A stretch of 64,000 nucleotides of DNA from an uncultured Armatimonadetes bacterium. GTDB taxonomy: Bacteria; Armatimonadota; Hebobacteria; Hebobacterales; Hebobacteraceae. The notes under the pieces are model-generated. The model was not told where the DNA came from, ran no database searches, and saw only the letters and a list, made by a program, of their open reading frames with translations. The stretch is from contig OY970296.1 in the NCBI GenBank assembly GCA_963716175.1, positions 3,040,001 to 3,104,000 of the forward strand, read 5' to 3'. This document shows, piece after piece, positions 57,300 through 64,000 of the stretch (positions are counted from its first letter, which is position 1; each line of letters begins with the position of its first letter). The translations under genes and the position numbers were made by a program.

Positions 57300-57908
57300 A
57301 TGACCGATAGTCCAGATGATCTGCCGGATGACTTCCTGGAGCATATCCGCGGCCTGGAGCGGTATTACCTGGAGAACACGGATCCGATCGAGCAATCCGG
57401 GTTCTACGGTGGGGCTGAGAGGTGGACGAGGGAACGGATCGTCGTCCTGGAGGCGGTGGAGGGGGACGGGGATTTCATGGATGCGGCCTGCGCGAACGGC
57501 TACCTGCTCGCGTGCCTGGTCGAGTGGGCGGGTGAGAGGGGCATCGCGCTCACGCCGTATGGGCTCGACATCGGGCCTCGGCTGATCGAGCTGGCGCGCA
57601 CGCGACTCCTCCAATACGCCGATCACTTCTGGGTTGGGAACTCGTGGACGTGGCGACCACCGAGGGAGTTCCGTTACGTCTACACGCTGCACGATTGCGT
57701 GCCGGAGAGCCTGCTGGGTGAGTATGGACACCGACTGCTGGAGCGCTATGTTGCCAAGGGCGGCCGGCTGATCATCGGGGCCTATGGCACGCGGCAGTCG
57801 CCGGCGCGGGACGTGAGCGCGGCGCTGAGCGAGTGCGGGTTCGTGGTGGTCGGATCAGCTGCGTGTGGCGACCCGCCAGCGACGCGGATCGCGTGGGTTG
57901 ATCGGTAG
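57300..57908 (+). CDS. Class I SAM-dependent methyltransferase
   Basis: FMDAACANGYL, YGLDI, GGRLIIG. Confidence 0.8.
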   Translation: MTDSPDDLPDDFLEHIRGLERYYLENTDPIEQSGFYGGAERWTRERIVVLEAVEGDGDFMDAACANGYLLACLVEWAGERGIALTPYGLDIGPRLIELARTRLLQYADHFWVGNSWTWRPPREFRYVYTLHDCVPESLLGEYGHRLLERYVAKGGRLIIGAYGTRQSPARDVSAALSECGFVVVGSAACGDPPATRIAWVDR

Positions 57909-57993
57909 CCCACCCTACGAATGGCCGCACCCCTGCTGCGCAGGGGTAGGCTACCCGTGTCAGGCCTCTGCGTTCTCTCCGTCTCTGCGGCGA
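57892..57993. repeat. REP-like elements between convergent genes
   Basis: Minus CGTAGGGTGGGCTACCGATCAACCCACG; CTCTGCGTTCTCTCCGTCTCTGCGGCGA. Confidence 0.6.
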
Positions 57994-58001
57994 ATACCTC
58001 G

Positions 58002-58648
58002 TCATCCCAGCACTTGCTTGGTGGTCTTGAAGTGCACCTTCGCCACTTGCCGCAGCAGCGCTTCGCCGCCTTTCTGCACGACCTGGCGAGCCGCCGGCAG
58101 CACATGGGTGGCGCCGCGGGGAGGTCGAGGCCGGCCGTGGCCGAGACGCGCTCGATGGAGCGAAGGAAGTCGGCGCGGGCCAGCACCGAGGCCGCGGCCA
58201 CCGCGGGATCGGACTCAGCACGCACCTGCTGGATCAGCCTGATCCGGCGACCGCGGGTAATCAGCCGTTCTTCCAGGTAGTGCTCATCACCGAACTGGTC
58301 GGTCACCGCCAGACCGCACTCCACCTTCTCCAGCACATTCTCGATCGCCCGCGCGTGCGCCCAGGCGAGCAGACGATTGAGGTTCTTCATCTCGGCGTGG
58401 AGAGTGTTGTAGCGCTCGGGCATGATGCGGACGACTTCGAAGGCGGGGCAGATCTGCTTCACCGCCTTCTCCAGCCGCCACAGCGTCGAGTTGGCGACCT
58501 TCTTCGCGTCTCGCACCCCGGCCTGGGGCAAGCGCTCCAGCGCGACTTCGTCGGCGTAGACTGCGGCCACCACCAGCGCGCCGAAGTAGTCGCCTTTGCC
58601 GGCCTCATCGCTGCCGATGTGTGGGCCGCGAACCCCCTCCGCGCTCAT
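58002..58648 (-). CDS. rnhC: Ribonuclease HIII, catalytic domain only (one-base frameshift near 58120)
   Basis: HIGSDEAGKGDYFG, NLNRLLAWAH, DQFG, VAAASVLAR; shifted frame LPRGA...AKVHFKTT*. Confidence 0.88.
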
Positions 58649-58679
58649 GCCGGCCTCCGGTTGGTGGCGTCAGGAGGCA

Positions 58680-59645
58680 TCACCCCGCCAGCGCCTGCTT
58701 CAGCACGATCATGGCCTTGGCGCTCACCCACTTGGAGGGCTGCCCCTTCTGCGGGAAGAACGCGCGCATCCGCTTGCAGTTGGCGCGAGCTTCCGGGTAC
58801 GGTCCCATGCGCTCCAGCCACCGCCCGTCCTTGCCCTGCCGAGTCAGGATGCTCTTCCAGCACGTCTTCAGCGGCTCCTCGTCTGCGCTCACGCCCAGTC
58901 CCAGGTAGATCTCGGCCAGCTTCACATCGTCCACCCAGAAGTTCCAGCACTGAGGATAGCTGAATTCGCGACCGCGACCTGCGGATGAGGCCGTCACCTT
59001 CGCCAGGAACCCGATGCCTTTCCTTGCGACGGGTGTACCGGCGAAGGTGCCGGCGGTTGCCAAACCCCAGAGCACATTCGCCGAGGCGTTGAGACAACCC
59101 GCGGCGGCCGGCTCGCAGTGACCTCGGGTCCCGGTCCAGCCGCCTTCCCGAGTCTGATCCTGCTTGACCCAGCGGAACATGCGCTTCACCCGGCGGTCAG
59201 CGCCCAGCCCGAACTGGTGCATGAACCGGATGATCAGGCCGATGTCATAGGGACCGAACGGGCATCTCGCAGGATCATGCCCGGGGAAGCCGCCGTCCTC
59301 GCGCTGGGTCTGGAGCACGGCCCGGACGGCCTTCAGGACGCGGTCATCCTCCGCGGTAGCGCCCAGGTTGCCCAGGAGAGTAAGCTGGTAGATGGTTGCA
59401 GTGTAGTGAGGCGCGTGCATATTGCCTGGGCTCTCCCAGTGTCCCTCGGGCTTCTGCTGGCGGAACACCTCCGCTGCCAGCTCGCCCTCGAGGGCCTGCC
59501 GCCGGGCCGCCTCCACCCGGCGCTTCGGCGCGTCCACCAGGTCGCGCAGCGCCCAGAACCGCACCACTGGGTTGTCGGGTTCGAGCAACCAGTCGGTGGG
59601 ATTGGCCTTCAGTACGCTGGTCCAGCTCGCTCTCCCCCTCGCCAT
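58680..59645 (-). CDS. Prenyltransferase/squalene-cyclase-repeat protein
   Basis: WLLEPDNP, QKPEGHW, QREDGGF, QTREGGW, QGKDGRW, GQPSKWVS. Confidence 0.75.
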   Translation of the reverse strand: MARGRASWTSVLKANPTDWLLEPDNPVVRFWALRDLVDAPKRRVEAARRQALEGELAAEVFRQQKPEGHWESPGNMHAPHYTATIYQLTLLGNLGATAEDDRVLKAVRAVLQTQREDGGFPGHDPARCPFGPYDIGLIIRFMHQFGLGADRRVKRMFRWVKQDQTREGGWTGTRGHCEPAAAGCLNASANVLWGLATAGTFAGTPVARKGIGFLAKVTASSAGRGREFSYPQCWNFWVDDVKLAEIYLGLGVSADEEPLKTCWKSILTRQGKDGRWLERMGPYPEARANCKRMRAFFPQKGQPSKWVSAKAMIVLKQALAG

Positions 59646-59674
59646 CTTGCCCTCCCGCTATCCGTGTACACCAG

Positions 59675-59702
59675 GAACGGACCGCTTCGCAGCGGTCCGT
59701 TC
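59675..59702. repeat. Perfect hairpin (REP-like or terminator)
   Basis: GAACGGACCGCT-TCGC-AGCGGTCCGTTC. Confidence 0.6.
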
Positions 59703-59727
59703 TGATGTGGGTCTCTATGGGAATAGG

Positions 59728-59859
59728 CTAGAGCGCATTTCATAACCTACCTGCTGGCTGGCCGCACCACGCCCTCGCATGAAATGCGCCTGCCACTGCC
59801 TGACGTTGTGCCGTGCTGTTTCATAACCTCCCCTGGGAAGGTTATGGAACAGCTTCTAG
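59728..59859. mobile_element. Candidate 132-bp MITE bounded by CTAG and imperfect terminal inverted repeats
   Basis: CTAGAGCGCATTTCATAACCT ... AGGTTATGGAACAGCTTCTAG. Confidence 0.45.
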
Positions 59860-60797
59860 CCCTTGGGCAGCGGCGAACCCGCGCCGCTCGGCTTGGGCTG
59901 CTCGAACGGCCGGCCGCAGGCCTGGCAGGCCTTGCTGCCCTTGGGGCTGGGCAGCCCGTCCACCGGGCAGACCACCCAGAACGGGTCATTGGGGAAGAGG
60001 AAGAAGGCCAGGGCTCGCTGCTGGCGGGCGGTGTTCTCCAGCACGATCTGGCGGCGGTGCTCCTGGGGGTCGTTCCAGTGCGCGGTCCACCAGTCTATGT
60101 CGCGCTTCACCATCTTCTGCTGGACGTGATCGTCCTTGTGCTCCTTCAGCGCCTCCCGCATCGCCGGGAACAGCTTCTTGAAATCCATGATGTGCTCGTA
60201 CACCCGGTAAGTCATGCGGCTGACGTAGGCCGGGGAGCCGGGCACCTTGTCGGCCTGCTTGATGTACTCCGCCGCCCGATAGGGCTCATGTGCGCGGTCG
60301 TAGTAGGTCCAGCCCAGCTCGAACAGCATCTCCCAGGACTTCGGGTTCACCTCCACCGCGCGCTGCAGGATCTCGAGGCCTTGATCCAGCCAGTACCTCC
60401 GGTCAACCAGGGTCTCGGACTCCGCGTTCAGGTTGTAGGCGCAGTGCCAGCCGTAGACCTTCCAGGCGAGCACGAAGTGGGGGTCGAGCTGGGTCACGGC
60501 GTCGAGTAGAGGGAGCAGCGCGAACCAGTTGCCGCTGTCCCACACCCGCTCCATGTTGAGCCAGAGCAGGTCGGCGGCCACGGTGCGGAAGCCCCCCAGG
60601 GAGGCGATCACGGCAGGGGTGGGCCCCAGCTCCATCACACTGGCGGATCGCACCTTGCGATTGGGGTCGAAGATATCCGGGCGGGACCGCTGCAAGCTCT
60701 GCTGCAGCGGCACCAGCAGCAGCAGTACGCCCAGCGCCAGCAGCCAGAGCTGCCAGCGGCGGACGACCGCGCCTCGCGTGGCGCCAGAGGGCTGCAT
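59856..60797 (-). CDS. Membrane-anchored TPR-like protein with C-terminal CxxD/CxxC
   Basis: TM; LGGFRTVAADLLWL..VTQLDPHF..WHCAYN..FELGWTYY. Confidence 0.75.
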   Translation of the reverse strand: MQPSGATRGAVVRRWQLWLLALGVLLLLVPLQQSLQRSRPDIFDPNRKVRSASVMELGPTPAVIASLGGFRTVAADLLWLNMERVWDSGNWFALLPLLDAVTQLDPHFVLAWKVYGWHCAYNLNAESETLVDRRYWLDQGLEILQRAVEVNPKSWEMLFELGWTYYDRAHEPYRAAEYIKQADKVPGSPAYVSRMTYRVYEHIMDFKKLFPAMREALKEHKDDHVQQKMVKRDIDWWTAHWNDPQEHRRQIVLENTARQQRALAFFLFPNDPFWVVCPVDGLPSPKGSKACQACGRPFEQPKPSGAGSPLPKG

Positions 60798-60798
60798 T

Positions 60799-61698
60799 TC
60801 ACACCTGCCGATCGTTGAAGAAGACCGCGGCCAGCAGCAACACCACCGCGGTATACGCGATGCCGTGGAGCACGGCCTGCCAGCCGCTGACCACGCTGAT
60901 GGGCATGAAGTTGGAAACCTCGTGCCGAAAGTCGAAGTTCTCCAGCTTGGGCACGATGTAGTAGATCACCAGCAGCAGCACCCGCGCCGCGCCGGTGGCA
61001 TGCTCAGCCAAGTCGTTCAGGGTGGACTGAAGGCTTCCCACCCCCCAGATGATGAAGGCGCTGACCACGGCCATGGTGGTGGAAGAGATGGTCGAGATGA
61101 GGATGATCAGCGCGGTGAGCACCGCCAGCGCGCAATACTGCATGAAGGCCGCGAACAGCACCGGCCCCAGGTTGGGGTTGAAGGCGGATTCGGGGCTAGA
61201 GGGCACCAAGCGCTGCTGGATCAGCAGCACCGCCACCAGCACCGCGGTCATGACCGCGGTGATCACACCCAGCACGATCAGCGCCCCCAGGTACTTGCCC
61301 AGCACGAACTCGAAGCGCCGCACGGGCTTGGACAGGATGGCGTAGACGGTGCGGCTCTCGATCTCTTGCGGGATGAGGAAGGCGGCGATGAAGATCGACA
61401 GCAGAATACCGAACACGGTGATGGCGGCGAGCCCGCCGGAGATGATCATCCGGGATTGCTCTTCCGGGCTGAGATAGGAGAAGAAAGTCATGGAGAGCAG
61501 GATCACCACCACCAGGATGATCACCGCCTGCACCACCCGTCGTCGCCGCGCCTCCGCCACCGTGATCTTGGCCACTCGCCAGATGGAGGGCACGGCATGG
61601 GCGATGGCGGGCGCCCAGGCGCGGCGGGTCACCGTCAGCACCGCCGCCACCAGGATCAGCCCGACGAGAGGGATAAGTCTTCCCAGGATCGCGCTCAC
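60799..61698 (-). CDS. ABC-2 type transporter permease
   Basis: IPQEIESRTVYAILSKPVRRFEFVLGKYLG; C-terminal F..RQV. Confidence 0.88.
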   Translation of the reverse strand: MSAILGRLIPLVGLILVAAVLTVTRRAWAPAIAHAVPSIWRVAKITVAEARRRRVVQAVIILVVVILLSMTFFSYLSPEEQSRMIISGGLAAITVFGILLSIFIAAFLIPQEIESRTVYAILSKPVRRFEFVLGKYLGALIVLGVITAVMTAVLVAVLLIQQRLVPSSPESAFNPNLGPVLFAAFMQYCALAVLTALIILISTISSTTMAVVSAFIIWGVGSLQSTLNDLAEHATGAARVLLLVIYYIVPKLENFDFRHEVSNFMPISVVSGWQAVLHGIAYTAVVLLLAAVFFNDRQV

Positions 61699-62648
61699 GG
61701 CTCTCTCTCCCCGATCTGCCCGATGGCCCGCACGAACACCTCCTGCAGGGTGGGCCTAGGCCGCCTCAGCTCCAGCACTCTCCCGCCGGCGTCGTGGATG
61801 GCCTGCAGCACCGCCCAGACTTGGTCCTCGTCGGCCTTGCCCATGCGGACCGTGTCGTTCTCCACGTTCAGCACCGCCGACTTCTTCGCCACTTGCTCCG
61901 CCATTCGGTCATCCAGCACGGTGGTGGTGATGACCACCTCGCTGGGCTCTCCGGCCAGCTCCGAGAGCGTGCCCTCGGCCACCAGCCGCCCGGCATAGAG
62001 GATGCCCACGCGGTCGCACACCTCCTCCACCTCGGCCAGGAAGTGAGAGCAGAGCAGGATGGTCTTGCCCCGCCGCTTCAGCTCCTGGATCAACCGGGTC
62101 ATCTGGTGCCGCCCGGCCGGGTCCAGGCCGGAGGTGGGCTCATCCAGGATAAGCAGCGCCGGGTCGTTGACCAGGGCCTGGGCCAGGGCCAGCCGCTGTC
62201 GCATGCCCTTGGAACATTCCCGGAAAGGAACCTTGCGGTTGGCCTGCATGCCCACCAGGGCGAGCAGCTCGTCCACCAGCTCCTTCCGCCTTCTCTGGGG
62301 ATAGCCGAAAAGGCCCGCATAGAAGTCCAGCAACTCCTCGCCGTCGAAGCAGTCGTAGAGGTAGGCGTCCTCGGGCAGGAAGCCGATCCGCTCCCGCACC
62401 GAGAGGTCGGCCACACTCTTGCCGAAGATGCTGGTGGTGCCACTAGTAGGGAAGATGAGTCCGAGCAGAATCTTCAGCGTGGTGGTCTTGCCCGACCCGT
62501 TCGGGCCTACCATCGAGTAAGTCTCTCCCTGACGGATCGCCAGGCTGAGGTTGTCCACCGCCTTGACGCCGGCCGGGGTGAAGAGGGACCGATAGATCTT
62601 GGTCAATCCCTCGATCTGGAGTACCGTCTCCGCGTGCTCCACTCCCAT
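61695..62648 (-). CDS. ABC transporter ATP-binding protein
   Basis: GPNGSGKTT, SKGMRQR, LILDEPTSGLDP, SH. Confidence 0.95.
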   Translation of the reverse strand: MGVEHAETVLQIEGLTKIYRSLFTPAGVKAVDNLSLAIRQGETYSMVGPNGSGKTTTLKILLGLIFPTSGTTSIFGKSVADLSVRERIGFLPEDAYLYDCFDGEELLDFYAGLFGYPQRRRKELVDELLALVGMQANRKVPFRECSKGMRQRLALAQALVNDPALLILDEPTSGLDPAGRHQMTRLIQELKRRGKTILLCSHFLAEVEEVCDRVGILYAGRLVAEGTLSELAGEPSEVVITTTVLDDRMAEQVAKKSAVLNVENDTVRMGKADEDQVWAVLQAIHDAGGRVLELRRPRPTLQEVFVRAIGQIGEREP

Positions 62649-62740
62649 CCCTCCTGGGCGGCGAGTCTGACTCGCTCCGGACACTCGCACCGATCACAAC
62701 GAAGCGGGGCGAAAACGCAGCCTTCGCCCCCGCTAGCTGA

Positions 62741-62770
62741 AGTATACCCGCCGCCAACCTCCACTGTCAA
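62741..62770 (-). promoter_or_regulatory. Sigma70-type promoter for ABC operon
   Basis: Minus TTGACA-18 nt-TATACT. Confidence 0.5.
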
Positions 62771-62881
62771 GGGTTCGCGCCAGTGCTGCTCCCGGCGCGG
62801 CGGGGCCGGGCAGGTAAGCCCCACAAGCCCGGCGAAGCAGCCCCTGCATGGGTTCTGTGCGGCGAGAGGAGGAAGCAAGGC

Positions 62882-64000
62882 ATGGGGATCGTGAGCGCTG
62901 ATTTTGGGGGCCGACGCCTGCGCCGGCGGGTGCTGCGTTGGGTGCTGCTGGTCGTCGCCGTGCTGGTGGTTTTCTGGATGGCGCCCGGCCTGCTGAACCT
63001 GTACACGGAGTGGCTCTGGTTCAAGCATGACGTGCGTTTTCCTGGGGTGTTCTCCACCATCCTTCTCACTCGCATCGGGTTGGGCCTGGTGTTCGGGGTG
63101 GCCTTTCTGATCCTGCTTCTGGGCAATGTAGAGCTCGCCCGGCGGCTAGCCAGGCGCACGCTCTGGTACGAGGAGGAGCGAGCCCTGCGCCAGCGCATGG
63201 CGGAAGTGATGGAGTACGTCGTGGGGCGCTACCTCTATCTGGGCCTGGTCATCCTCGCCATCCTGATCGCCTACTCTGTGGGGAAGGCCGGAGCCGAGAA
63301 GTGGAACAGCTATCTGCTATTCCGCCACGGCCTGCCCTTCGGCCTCTCGGACCCAGTGTTCAAGCGGGACCTGGGCTTCTACATCTTCCGGCTTCCGTTC
63401 TGGCAGTTCCTCTGGCAGTCGCTCTACCTGGTGCTGATCGGCGTGCTGGCGCTGTCCGCTGCCACCCACTACTTCGACAAGGCGATCCGGGTGCTGCGCG
63501 GCGTACCCGCCTTCGCCTCTCACGTCAAGGTTCACCTGTCGATCCTGCTGGGCCTGATCCTGGTAGTGAAGGCGATCGGCTACCGCATCGAGGCCTACTA
63601 CCTGCTCTACTCGGCCCGGGGGGCGGCGTTTGGCGCCAGCTATACCGATGTCAACGCGCAACTGCTGGCCTACAACGTGCTTTTCGTGATCGCCCTGGCC
63701 TGCGCCGCGCTGGCCCTGATCAACATCTACTTCCGAGGGCTGTGGCTGCCGCTGGCCGGCATTGGCTTTCTCGCCGTCGCCTCTCTGCTGCTGAACGTCA
63801 TCTACCCGAGCCTGGTACAGCGCTTCCAGGTGCAGCCCAGCGAGTTCGGCCGGGAGGAGCCCTATATCCGGCGCACTATCGAGTTCACCCGCCGCGGCTT
63901 CGACCTCGAGAAGATGGAAAACCGCGAGATGCTGCGGGTCGAGCTGCTGAGTATGGATGCGATCAGGCACAATATCGCGACCATCGAGAACGTGCGCCTC
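62882..64000 (+). CDS. UPF0182 family membrane protein (runs off window)
   Basis: Manual translation: LYTEWLWF...DPVFKRDLGFYIFRLP...GASYTDVNAQL...QRFQVQPSEFGREEPYIRRTIEFTRRGFDL...TIENVRL. Confidence 0.9.
   Translation, partial: MGIVSADFGGRRLRRRVLRWVLLVVAVLVVFWMAPGLLNLYTEWLWFKHDVRFPGVFSTILLTRIGLGLVFGVAFLILLLGNVELARRLARRTLWYEEERALRQRMAEVMEYVVGRYLYLGLVILAILIAYSVGKAGAEKWNSYLLFRHGLPFGLSDPVFKRDLGFYIFRLPFWQFLWQSLYLVLIGVLALSAATHYFDKAIRVLRGVPAFASHVKVHLSILLGLILVVKAIGYRIEAYYLLYSARGAAFGASYTDVNAQLLAYNVLFVIALACAALALINIYFRGLWLPLAGIGFLAVASLLLNVIYPSLVQRFQVQPSEFGREEPYIRRTIEFTRRGFDLEKMENREMLRVELLSMDAIRHNIATIENVRL

Noticed and set aside
2960-58125. Frameshifts near 2966, 7833, 9205, 9715, 17638, 37724, 49918 and 58120 as pseudogenes or programmed frameshifting
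   Set aside because: All are single-base indels in short G/C runs with intact coding on both sides, one in essential murB, and no shared slippery motif. Assembly error is the simplest explanation; reads are needed to confirm, notably for dnaE2.

Overview
High-GC bacterial chromosomal window. A Terrabacteria origin, plausibly Armatimonadota, is inferred from DUF881/DUF1290 inside the dcw cluster, C-terminal SLH triplets and a Gram-positive-type LexA box. Core content: tRNA-Lys-aroA-aroC, a 19-kb dcw cluster (mraZ to ftsA-murG, no ftsZ), SLH/secreted proteins, a dnaE2 with a candidate SOS box, tandem APC-permease/USP units, glyS, dgt, rsmA-ispE, rnhC, an ABC module and the 5' part of a UPF0182 gene. 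About eight single-base frameshifts, one in essential murB, point to assembly indels rather than pseudogenes. The most striking signal is a diverse population of REP-like palindromes (GTAG/GTTG/GTGG-headed, GTCA...GAAGGATCTC-type, CCCGCC..GGCGGG-type). They occur between genes, supply stop codons, nest inside each other, and are inserted in frame in coding sequences (aroA, rsmH, ddl, ftsA). DnaE2 carries four such insertion blocks (about 12 palindromic elements, roughly 250 extra aa). No cognate transposase is present in the window.
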